Shown: positions 31,251 through 44,491 of the stretch, in pieces
How the letters are laid out: each line of letters starts with the position of its first letter
Numbering within the stretch: position 1 is the first letter of the stretch
Assembly: GCF_009914755.1 (NCBI RefSeq)
Contig: NC_060930.1
DNA: 64,000 bases
Strand: one strand, 5' to 3'
Origin: the human T2T-CHM13v2.0 reference genome, Homo sapiens
Made by a program: the position numbers and the translations under genes
Notes under the pieces: model-generated
Databases searched by the model: none
The model's input: only the letters and a program-made list of their open reading frames with translations
What the model was told of the DNA's origin: nothing

Positions 31251-32029
31251 ACAAACTTAATTATGAATAAGTTTAAAAGAGCAGGGAATTTAACCCTATT
31301 TACCATATGGCATTTTCTCTAAGGGAAATAAAATAGATTTTCTTTGAGTCAATGAACTTCTTAATTATCACAGATGTATGCAGTTATGTGGTGCTATAAA
31401 CATTTTTGCTGTAATATTGAACAAACCACTTTAATATTTACTGCTTAAAAATCTTGTCAAAGTAATTCCTGCACGTGATATACAAATATAAAAAATACTA
31501 AATGACTTACAAACACTATTTCCTTGCCTCATTGTTCTCTGCTTCTATTCTCATTCTCCATAGGGAAACCACTGTCTAAATCTATCTGTTTTAATGTTTT
31601 GGCTTTCATCTTTCTAAATAATTAGTTTCTGTTGTTGATTTTGGTTTATTTTTAACTTGAAAATATTTAGCTTGCTTATTTATAATCTCATGTTTTCTCT
31701 TTATCTGAACATAGTAAGGGTTTATACTTTTATTTCTTTTTCTAGCAACTAATAGTGTATTTGTGGACTTAGCACTTTGTATGATAATGATATTCATCCC
31801 TTTACTCTTTCCTTTACGAACCTCCCTCTCTCAATTCTTTTTCGGAATTATTATCCTTTATAATATCAAGGCTGTTAACATTTCTATTTTGTTCTACAAC
31901 CATAATTTAGTCCTTTTGTTTTGCTGTACGATAATTTGATTGTCAAAGTTAAAATAATTACTTTCACATTATTATGACCATGTCATGTTTTTTTTTTTAC
32001 TGTGAAGCCAAGTAGTACATATGATTATA

Positions 32030-32270
32030 TTTTTCCTTTCCCCTTTTTGCTTTCCCCTTTTTCCTTTCCTTTCCTTTTCCTTTTCTTTTTTCCTTTCCTT
32101 CCCTTCCTTTTTTCCCTTCCTTTCCCTTTTCCTGTTCCCGTTCCCTTTTTCCTTTCCTTTCCTTTCCTTTCATTTCCTTTCCTTTCCCTTCCCTTCCCTC
32201 CCCTTCCCCTTCCCCTTCCCCTTCTCCTTCCCTGTCGCCTTCCCTTTTTCCTTTCCTTTCTGTCCTTCCT
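32030..32270 (+). repeat. Polypyrimidine (CCTTT/CCCTT)n low-complexity tract
   Basis: ~240 nt almost entirely C/T, at the tail position of the adjacent antisense Alu. Confidence 0.93.
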
Positions 32271-32577
<307 letters not shown>

Positions 32578-32782
32578 TGAGCATTTTACAGTTCTTTGCC
32601 TTTCCAAAAGTTTCTAATCATCTTTAGTTTTTTGTCCTTAACTGACTTTCTTGTCTCTGAGTTCCAGATTTGTAAGGATAGCATACAGTTTTACAGTTTG
32701 TGCCCCATGCTGCTTTTCTCTCAGATACCTCCTAGAACTTTTTGTCTCCCGTTTAGTATAGACTGTTTGTTCCTTAGATTTG

Positions 32783-32980
32783 TTGCGCAGCTGCAAATTT
32801 AGTACTTATTTTATTCTGAGGTTGGTGCCACTATTTCTTGGATTTCATGTCTTCCTCTGTTTTGGTTCATATTTTAATTTTGCGCAGCTGCAAATTTAGT
32901 ACTTATTTTATTCTGAGGTTGGTGCCACAATTTCTTGGATTTCATGTCTTCCTCTGTTTTGGTTCATATTTTAATTTTGC
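32783..32980 (+). repeat. 97-bp direct tandem duplication (2 copies)
   Basis: 32783-32879 repeated at 32880-32976 with one mismatch. Confidence 0.95.
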
Positions 32981-33619
32981 TGGATAACATTATGTAATTT
33001 CATATGTGAGAGTTAATTTTCTTTATTGTTGCATGTGTGAAAATGTTATATCCTATGCTTGCCTGCTGATTTGGCAGAGTATGCAATTAATTTTCCTTCA
33101 ATACTTCAGTGACTTTTAATTTTTCTTTTTCTAGAATCCAGTATTGCCAATGAGAAGTGTTCCAAGATGATTCTCAATCTTTTGTAGATGAAATTTTTAT
33201 TTCCTGTCAGAGAGCTTTCTAGGATCGTTTATTGTTATTATGAAATTGCACCGAATATGAATACGTTTTAAAATTTGTTCATTTCATTGGATTCTCACAG
33301 ACCTGTTTCCATTTGAAGATTGTTTTAGGATTATTTTCTTGTATTATTTCATGGTTAATTCCCCGTTTTTTTCTCCTTGAATTTCTGTTAATTGGATGTT
33401 GGATTGATTGGGCCTTTTCCTTATTTTCATCTTTTTCTTTGTGCCTTTGTTTTACCTGTTTTGGAACATTTTCTTGGATTTATCTCTGCCTCTTCAAAAA
33501 ACAGTAACATACTTTGGAAGACATAAACTTTAAAAACTTTTTAATTTTCTCACTTCTTATTTTATAGCATTCTGTTCTTTTAGAAACTTTACATCTCTTG
33601 AGGATATACATTTGTGTGT

Positions 33620-34450
33620 GTATTTTAACTTTTTAATTTTGAAATAATCATGAAGTTGTAGAAATGTTAGATGTATAGTACAAATCATTTTTTTCCTGAC
33701 TGATATCTTTCATCCAAGTATTTTAGTGTGTATTTTTAACAAACCAGGACCATATCACAATACAACCATAACATTTAAGAAATTAACATTGATTTGTAAT
33801 CTGTATGGACTCATGGCTTATTTTATTCGATGGGGTATATTCTTTTAATTTCATTATTTTGATGCTCAAAATGTCCTGATTTGGCCAGTAAGAACCCTTT
33901 TGATATCACTTCTGTGGGTCAGTTTGATACCATTTCATTTTTTTTGACAACTTCCTTACTTTCTGGCACAACAAAATGTTCCAGGCTAATCTTATACTTT
34001 TCCTGCTTAGCCTTGGAATTGGCCATTTTCCTAAAGAGTCCTGATTCCTTTTAGTAGTAGGTGGTATTTATGAAGTCGTGGCATTTGGTTTTCTCATTAC
34101 CATTGGGATGTTGCTGGTTTCAGGTCCATTAGTTGGACAGAGCTAGGGTGTATGTGCATGTGTGTGTGTGTGTGTGTGTGTTGAATATATGTGTATCTGT
34201 GTATACATACATGTATACATATATCTGTTTATTTCTCCATGTTACGTATTGAAAACTGTTAAGTTCATGCTGATACTGCTTATTACAAATCAGTATCACA
34301 GGATTGAAAGTAGCTTTTTCCATATATGCTTGTAACTCCTTTCTCTGACATGGAGAAACTTGGCTTCCATTATCCTTCAAATATTTACAGTTTGATTAGT
34401 CTTCCTGCATGTAACCATTCTCCCATCTCTGTTGTTACTCCCCACCCTTA
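33620..34450 (-). mobile_element. L1MC-type 3' fragment with an embedded (TG)n
   Basis: ttccaggctaatcttatacttttcctgc...ggccattttcctaaagagtcctgattcctttt pattern. Confidence 0.6.
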
Positions 34451-34577
34451 CTTACCCTTTCTCCTGGTAGTTTTCCAGTTTATGATGGGTCTTTCATGAT
34501 CAACTATTGTCTGCGCATTTTAAGAGTAAATAATAAATGAATAAAAAGCTAACTGGGAACTCTGTTTATGTGGGTAG

Positions 34578-34887
<310 letters not shown>

Positions 34888-35604
34888 TAAGAATTTTATT
34901 TTGGAATTAGCAAGTCAGGAACTGCCCATTGCTTTGGGGACCTCTACATTTCTCAGTATTCATTGCTCTGAGAAACCAGCATTCATCCATAATAGCTGTA
35001 CTAGTTTTCCTAAGCTATTTTTTATTTTTTTGTAGATTAACCCTTCAGTTTTTTGCCTTGGAAGGAAAATGCCATACTATTTAGCATTTTATCTCGTTGA
35101 ATTACTGTGGTTGATATAGAGATTGAGTAATTTCCCTGTTTTAGCCCTGCATGCATTTCATGTGAGCCTACGTTTTCTGAATTTCTGGTCTTTTTGAGGT
35201 CTACAGAGCAGTTTGGTATTTCATTTATAGCTCCCTTAGGTTCTCTAGGCTTCCTCTTCTTGGCTTTATCAGCTGTGCATCCCCTTTCAGACATTTGTTA
35301 AAATTTCTTGCCGGGTCCCTTATCATGTTGGGATGTTTTCAGCTGTAAATAGAAATCCTGTCTAAAATTTACTTAAACGTTAAGAAACTACTTCATGTAA
35401 CGAATCTGAAGGTATTATAGTTAAAGGTGGTTAATCTAGCAGTTTGATGAATCCAGCAAAGATCCAGGTTATTTTCATCTTTTTTCTCCTCCACGTTAAT
35501 TAAGTATCCGCTGTTTTTCTGGTCTCAAGTGGTTATAGCAATTGTAGGTATCAAATTCTCATTAAAGAACATCCAGAGTCTGCAGGAGGCCATTCCTTCC
35601 TTGG

Positions 35605-35901
35605 TTTTTTTTTTTTTTTGAGACGGAGTCCTGCCCTGTCACCCAGGCTGGTGTGCAGTGGCACAATCTTGGCTCACCGCAACCTCCGCCTCCCGGATTC
35701 ACGCCATTTCTCCTGCCTCAGCCTCCTGAGTAGCTGGGACTACAGGCGCCTGCCACCACGCCTGGCTAATTTTTTATATTTTTAGTAGAGATGGGGTTTC
35801 ACCATGTTAGCCAGGATGGTCTTGATCTCCTGACCTTGTGATCCGCCTGCCTCCGCCTCCCAAAGTGCTGGGATTATGGGCGTGAGCCACTGAGCCTGGC
35901 C
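35605..35901 (-). mobile_element. AluY/Sc
   Basis: Antisense dimer with cacgccatt and ttagccaggatggtc. Confidence 0.9.
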
Positions 35902-35959
35902 TGTGTTTTGTTTTTAAAGTCAAATAAAACCTTCCCAGAAGAAAGAATTCATTCATCTC

Positions 35960-36097
35960 AGCTGGGCATGGTGGCTCACGCCTGTGATCCTAGCACTTTG
36001 GGAGGGTGAGGTGGGAGGATCGCTTGAGCCCAGGAGTTTGAGAGCAGGCTGAGTAATATAGCCAGACCCCATCTCTATTTAAAAAATAAAAATAAAA
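35960..36097 (+). mobile_element. Free left Alu monomer (FLAM)
   Basis: Single monomer with A-tail, TSD aaagaattc(a/c)ttcatctca. Confidence 0.85.
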
Positions 36098-36734
36098 AGA
36101 ATTCCTTCATCTCATGCTTATTTGAAAACCATTCACTGTGTATGTTTAATTGTATGTGATTAAGGTTGCTATACATAGACTATCTGTAGACCTTTGCCTC
36201 TTTGGCAGTTAGATATCCTGGCACCTGCTCAACTGTAGTTGGCATTTAAACAAGGTTTTTCAGCTGACCTGATTGTACTTAGTGTCTGAGAAGTACATAC
36301 CTAGACTAGTGAATATGTAACTCCCTGGGGCTGAGAGAATCTTCGCCTGTAAAGTACAGGGTCTCAAAATACTGAACAGAATTAAGGTTCTATGAGAAAG
36401 GAAGGAGGGGAATGGGCAATGTGGGAATGGCACTTGGCTTAACAAACAACAGTGTCTGGTCATACTCACTTTCCTTTTTTTTTTTGGTGGTGGTGGTTGT
36501 GATTGTTGTTGTGGTTGTTGGTGTGTGTGTGTGTGTGTATTTTCTTTTTAGTCAGTCTTGTAGGAGGAAGAAAAGATGAATGGGGATATGGCTAGTCTGC
36601 TATCTTGAGCAGGAAAGCTGTTATTGCTTTTTAAAAATTGAACCTTGTAAAATATTAAAAATATGCTTATGTGATCCTATAATCTAAAATCCTGTTATTA
36701 AAAGAGGTAAAATAAATACATATTAATCTTCATT

Positions 36735-37852
<1,118 letters not shown>

Positions 37853-38134
37853 AAGGATATGCATGTGATTGTTAAGAGTGTCTGATGGCATGAATTATGC
37901 ATTATTTTTCTTTTGAGGCTCCCACTTAATAGCTGTATTGTACTCTATATTAAGATATTCAAGAAATTTGCTGATGTAGCCAAATATTTAAAGTAATTGA
38001 AATCAGCCTTGCTGATGTCTTTGTGGTATTAAATATTGTTGCTAAACAGATTCCTTAGTTTTAAATTTATTAATATAGTTTACAGTATTTTGTGAATTAG
38101 ATTTTAGACATTTCGTTTTTTCCCCCTTTTTTAG

Positions 38135-38295
38135 TTGACTATATTGTGGAGTATGACTATGATGCTGTACATGATGATGAATTAACTATTCGAGTTGGAG
38201 AAATCATCAGGAATGTGAAAAAGCTACAGGAGGAAGGGTGGCTGGAAGGAGAACTAAATGGGAGAAGAGGAATGTTCCCTGACAATTTCGTTAAG
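38135..38295 (+). CDS. CD2AP: CD2AP exon 2, first SH3 domain (SH3A)
   Basis: Polypyrimidine tract and ttag acceptor (AG 38133-38134); donor AAG|gtaagt at 38296. Spliced translation [55 protein letters not shown] is the recognised CD2AP N-terminus with SH3 motifs (YDY, ELT, GW, GxFPxNFV). Confidence 0.97.
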
Positions 38296-39273
38296 GTAAG
38301 TATTTTCAGTTAAATTTCTAGCTCTTGCTTCATAGGATTTAATCTTTAAATGTTAAGAAATAGATATACTTTTAAAATTAAAATGTTTTAGATAAATGTT
38401 TTCTTTGTAACATTTAAGAAAATAGAGTCCAGGTACCTCTATAATGGATATCATTGTTGCTCTGTGTCCTGCTGGATAGTAATCCTCTATGTATGTGTTT
38501 GTGTATATATGCTTGTATATGGTTGTGTGTATCTACCTGATTACTGATTGTTTTAAAATAAATAATAGTTTTCATTTGGGTGGCATTTAGTAATTTATAA
38601 AGCAGGCTTGCTGTATATATTCTCATTTGAGCCTACAGTATACTTGTGAAATAGTTATGACAGATAGTAGCCCCATTTTAAATATCTTGATATTTAGATT
38701 GAGAGGTTAAGTGATTTTGTCCACTGTTGGTTAGCTAAGACAAGAGACTTTGAACTGAAGTCTGGGACAGTTGCCTCGCTGGTCTTCTTATTATATTTTG
38801 TTGCTTTTCCAACAACAAAATGCATTTGGTCATACTTTTTGTGTTTCAGCATTATAGCAGTTATCTGCCAAACTGTCTTCTTCAACTACTACCAAACATT
38901 CCTTTTTTAGTAAGTATTCTAGTCGCTTCTGCCAGAAAACAATCTTTAGGGCTCTTATCAATTACAAACTTATAAAATTCTCAGTAGTTTAGAGAAGAAG
39001 AAAAAAAGTAAAGCATATCTGTGTATTTACACATCAGTTATAATTGTCTTGTTTTCTGTGTATTAGTTTTCTTACATCCAGCTTCATTCCCTGGCCTCAT
39101 TAGATTATGAGCTCTTCTAGGAAGGTTAGAGTATGTATCTCATTTGCTTGTCCAGCTTGGACAGTAGTTGTTAGCAGAATACCTGCACAGAATGGATACA
39201 TAGTTAATATTTATTTCTTGAATAAACTTGTGTTTATTTTAGTTGTGGTTTCACCTCCAAGTATGAAAACATA

Positions 39274-39513
39274 CAGTTGTCTCAGTATCCAGGAAACACC
39301 GTGGATACCAAAATATGCAGATGCTCAGATCTGTTATATAAAATGGCATAGTATTTGCATATAACCTATGCACATTCTCCCATATACTTTAAATAGTCTC
39401 TAGGTTAACTTATAATACCTAGTAAAGTGTAAATGTTATGTAAATAATTGTTATGCAGTATCACAATTGGTGAGTCTGCAGTTGTGGAGCCTGCGGATGT
39501 GGAGGGCCGACTG
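39274..39513 (+). mobile_element. MER2 (Tigger-family MITE)
   Basis: TA|cagttg...ccgactg|TA with internal tatataaaatggcatagtatttgcatataacct. Confidence 0.85.
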
Positions 39514-39867
39514 TATTTTATTCTGCTACAGGGGTACCTTGGAGATACTGCAGGTTCAGTTCCAGACCACCACAATAGAGCAAATGTCATAGTAGAGCAG
39601 ATACCTCAATAAAGTGAGTCACATGAATGTTTTGATTTCTCAGTGATGTAAAAGTTATGTTTACATTATACTGTATTGAGAGTGCAATCGCATTATATTA
39701 AAAAAAGCAATGTGGATACATTAGTTTTAAAATATTGGTAAAAATTGCTAACGATCATCTGAGCCTTCAGTGAGTCACCATCTTTTTGCTGGTGGAGGAT
39801 TTTGCCTTGATGTTGATGACTGTTGACTTAGTGGTTGCTGAAGGCTGGGGTGGCTGTGGCAGTTTCT

Positions 39868-42510
39868 TTTTTTTTTTTTTTTTTTTTTAATTTATTTTTT
39901 TATTGATAATTCTTGGGTGTTTCTCACAGAGGGGGATTTGGCAGGGTCATGGGACAATAGTGGAGGGAAGGTCAGCAGATAAACAAGTGAACAAAGGTCT
40001 CTGGTTTTCCTAGGCAGAGGACCCTGCGGCCTTCCGCAGTGTTTGTGTCCCTGATTACTTGAGATTAGGGATTGGTGATGACTCTTAACGAGCATGCTGC
40101 CTTCAAGCATCTGTTTAACAAAGCACATCTTGCACCGCCCTTAATCCATTTAACCCTGAGTGGACACAGCACATGTTTCAGAGAGCACAGGGTTGGGGGC
40201 AAGGTCACAGATCAACAGGATCCCAAGACAGAGGAATTTTTCTTAGTGCAGAACAAAATGAAAAGTCTCCCATGTCTACCTCTTTCTACACAGACACGGC
40301 AACCATCCGATTTCTCAATCTCTTCCCCGCCTTTCCCGCCCTTCTATTCCACAAAGCCGCCATTGTCATCCTGGCCCGTTCTCAATGAGCCGTTGGGCAC
40401 ACCTCCCAGACGGGGTGGTGGCTGGGCAGAGGCGCCCCTCACCTCCCGGACGGGGCGGCTGGCCGGGCGGGGGGGGCTGACCCCCCCCACCTCCCTCCCG
40501 GACGGGGCGGCTGGCCGGGCGGGGGGCTGACACCCCCACCTCCCTCCCAGACGGGGCGGCTGGCCGGGCAGAGGGGCTCCTTACTTCCCAGTAGGGGCGG
40601 CCGGGCAGAGGCGCCCGTCACCTCCCGGACGGGGCGGCTGGCCGGGCGGGGGGGCCGACCCCCCCCACCTCCCTCCCGGACGGGGCGGCTGGCCGGGCAG
40701 AGGGGCTCCTCACTTCCCAGTAGGGGCGGCCGGGCAGAGGCGCCCCTCACCTCCCGGACGGGGCCGCTGGCCGGGCAGGGGGGCTGACCCCCCCCACCTC
40801 CCTCCCGGACGGGGCGGCTGGCCGGGTGGGGGGCTGACCCCCCCACCTCCCTCCTGGACGAGGCGGCTGGCCGGGCGTGGGGCTGACACCCCCACCTCCC
40901 TCCTGGACAGGGCGGCTGGCCGGGCGGGGGGCTGACCCCCCCACCTCCCTCCCGGATGGGGCGGCTGGCCGGGCGGGGGGCCGACCCCCCCACCTCCCTC
41001 CCGGACGGGGCGGCTGGCCGGGCAGAGGGGCTCCTCACTTCCCAGTAGGGGCGGCCGGGCAGAGGCGCCCCTCAACTCCCAGACGGGGCGGCTGGCCGGG
41101 CGGAGGGCTGACCCCCCCCACCTCCCTCCCGGACAGGGCGGTTGGCCGGGCGGGGGGCTGACCCCCCCACCTCCCTCCCGGATGGGGCGGCTGGCCGGGC
41201 AGAGGGGCTCCTCACTTCCCAGTAGGGGCGGCCGGGCAGAGGCGCCCCTCACCTCCCAGACGGGGCGGCTGGCCGGGCGGGGCGCTGACCCCCCCACCTC
41301 CCTCCCGGACGGGGCGGCTGGCCGGGTGGGGGGGCTGACCCCCCCATCTCCCTCCCGGACGGGGTGGCTGGCCGGGCTGAGGGGCTCCTCACTTCCCAGT
41401 AGGGGCGGCCGGGCAGAGGCGCCCCTCACCTCCCGGACGGGGCGGCTGGCCGGGCGGGGGGCTGACCCCCCCACCTCCCTCCTGGACGGCACGGCTGTCC
41501 GGGCGGGGGGGCTGACCCCCCACCTCCCTCCCGGATGGGGCGGCTGGCCGGGCGGGGGGCTGACCCCCCCCCACCTCCCTCCCGGACGGGGTGGCTGCCG
41601 GGCGGAGACGCTCCTCACTTCCCAGATGGGGTGGCTGCCGGGCGGAGAGGCTCCTCACTTCTCAGACGGGGCAGCTGCCGGGCGGAGGGGCTCCTCACTT
41701 CTCAGACGGGGTGGTTGCCAGGCAGAGGGTCTCCTCACTTCTCAGACGGGGCGGCCGGGCAGAGACGCTCCTCACCTCCCAGACGGGGTCTCGGCCGGGC
41801 AGAGGCGCTCCTCACATCCCAGATGGGGCGGCGGGGCAGAGGCGCTCCCCACATCTCAGACGATGGGCGGCCGGGCAGAGAGGCTCCTCACTTCCTAGAT
41901 GTGATGGCGGCTGGGAAGAGGCGCTCCTCACTTCCTAGATGGGATGGCGGCCGGGCAGAGACGCTCCTCACTTTCCAGACTGGGCAGCCAGGCAGAGGGG
42001 CTCCTCACATCCCAGACGATGGGTGGCCAGGCAGAGACACTCCTCACTTCCCAGACGGGGTGGCGGCCGGGCAGAGGCTGCAATCTCGGCACTTTGGGAG
42101 GCCAAGGCAGGCGGCTGGGAGGTGTAGGTTGTAGTGAGCCGAGATCACGCCACTGCACTCCAGCCTGGGCACCATTGAGCACTGAGTGAACGAGACTCCG
42201 TCTGCAATCCCGGCACCTCGGGAGGCCGAGGTTGGCGGATCACTCGCGGTTAGGGGCTGGAGACCGGCCCGGCCAACACAGCGAAACCCCGTCTCCACCA
42301 AAACCAGTCAGGCGTGGCGGCGCGTGCCTGCAATCGCAGGCATTCGGCAGACTGAGGCAGGAGAATCAGGCAGGGAGGTTGCAGTGAGCCGAGATGGCAG
42401 CAGTACAGTCCAGCTTCGGCTCCGCATGAGAGGGAGACCGTGGGGAGAGGGAGACAGAGGGAGAGGGAGAGGGAGAGGGAGAGGGAGAGGGAGAGGGAGA
42501 GGGAGAGAGC
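39868..42510 (-). mobile_element. Full-length SVA retrotransposon (SVA_F-like), antisense to CD2AP
   Basis: Read on the minus strand: (CCCTCT)n hexamer ~42445-42510, Alu-like ~42075-42440, VNTR ~40400-42070, SINE-R ~39890-40400, AATAAA and poly-A. Perfect TSD GGCTGTGGCAGTTTCT at 39852-39867 and 42511-42526; target TTCT/AA fits the L1 endonuclease. Confidence 0.97.
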
Positions 42511-43128
42511 GGCTGTGGCAGTTTCTAAGATGAGACAACAATGAAGTTTGCTGCATCAATTTGCTTATTTAGTGAAAGATTTCCCTGTAGCATGTGAGCT
42601 GTTTGATAGCATTTTACTCATAGTAGATCTTTCAAAATTGTAGTCAGTCATTTCAAACCCTCCTTCTGCTTTGTCAACTAAGTTTATGTAATATTTTGAA
42701 TCCTGCATTGTCATTTCAACAATACTCACCGTGTCTTCACCAGGAGTAGATTCCAGCTCAAGAAGCCACTTTCTTTGCTCCTCCATAGGAAGCAACTCCT
42801 CATCTGTCCATGTTTTATCACAAGGTTGCAATAATTCAGTCACATCTTTATGCTTCACTTCTAATTCTAGTTCTCTATTTTCACCACATCTACCGTTAAC
42901 TTCCCCCACTTAGTCTTGAACCCTTCAAAGTCATCCTTTAGGGTTGTGATCTGTTTCTTCCAGACTCCCATTAATGTTGATATTTTTAGCTCCTCTCATG
43001 AATCACAGATGTTATTAATGGCTTCTAGAATGGTGACTCTAGAAACCTTTCCGGGAGGTTTTCAATTTACTTTGCCCAGATTGAGCAGAAGAATCACTAT
43101 CTATGGCAGTGATAGCCTTACGAAATGT

Positions 43129-43400
43129 GGGCTGGAATTTAGTGGGGCGATCTTGGCTCACTGCAACCTCTGCCTCCCAGGTTCAAGCGATTCTCCTCGC
43201 CTCCCTAGTTCAAGCGATTCTCCTTGCCTCCCCTTGGATTACAGGCTCCCACCACCACGCCCAGCTAATTGTTTGTATTTTCAGTAGAGATGGGCTTTCA
43301 CTATGTTGGCCAGACTGGTCTCAAACTCCTGACCTCGTGATCTGCCCGCCTTGGCCTCAGAAAATGCAGAGATTACAGGTGTGAGCCACCGTGCCTGGCC
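43129..43400 (-). mobile_element. AluS lacking its tail, within Tigger1
   Basis: Antisense Alu starting at ggctggaatttagtgg with an internal duplication (gttcaagcgattctcct twice). Confidence 0.85.
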
Positions 43401-44171
43401 AAAATGTATTTCTTAAATAAGAATACTTGCAAGTTGAAATACTCCTTGATCAATGGGCTGCAAAATGGATATTATGTTAGCAGGCATGAAAACAACATTC
43501 ATCTTCTTGTACATTTCCAACAGAGCTCTTGGGTGATCAGATGCATCATCAATATGCATTAGTATTTTCAAAAGAATCTTTCTGCAGTAGGTCTCAACAG
43601 TGGGCTTAAATTACTCAATAAACCATGCTGTAAATAGATGTGCTGTCATCTAGGCTTTGGTTTTCCATTTATAGAGCATAGGCAGAATAGTTTTAGCATA
43701 ATTCTTAAGGACCCTAGGATTCTCAGAATGGTGAATATGCAATGACTTCCACTTAAATTACCAGCTGCATTAGCCCCTAGCAAGAGAGTGAGCCTGTCCT
43801 TTGAAGCCTTGAAGCTAGGCTTTGACTTCTTTCTACTTATGAAAGTCCTAGGTGGTACCTTTTTCCAATAGAAGGTTTCATCTCCATTGAAAATCTGTTT
43901 AGCATAGCCATCTTCATCAGTGATCTTAGCTAGATCTTCTGGTTAACTTGTTGCAGCTTCTCTGTCAGCACTAGCTGCTTCATCTTGCACTATTATGTTA
44001 TAGAAATGGCTTCTTTCCTTGAACCTCATGAGCCAACCTCTGCTAGCTTCAAACTTTTCTTCTGCAACTTCCTGACCTCTCTGTATTCAGTGAGTTGAAG
44101 AGAATTAGGGCCTTGCTCTAGATGAGGCTTTAGCTTAGGGAAAAGTTGTGGCTGGTTTGATCTTCTAATGA

Positions 44172-44491
<320 letters not shown>

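Noticed and set aside
40400-42070. CRISPR-like or novel repeat array
   Set aside because: The units are tandem with no unique spacers, there are no cas genes, and the array sits inside a recognisable SVA.
40072-42559. Long ORFs (up to 302 aa) on both strands
   Set aside because: They are translations of the GC-rich SVA VNTR and Alu-like domains; stop codons are scarce for compositional reasons.
42565-42909. Domesticated transposase gene (TIGD1-like)
   Set aside because: It is only a 114-aa degenerate Tigger1 remnant within an interrupted element.
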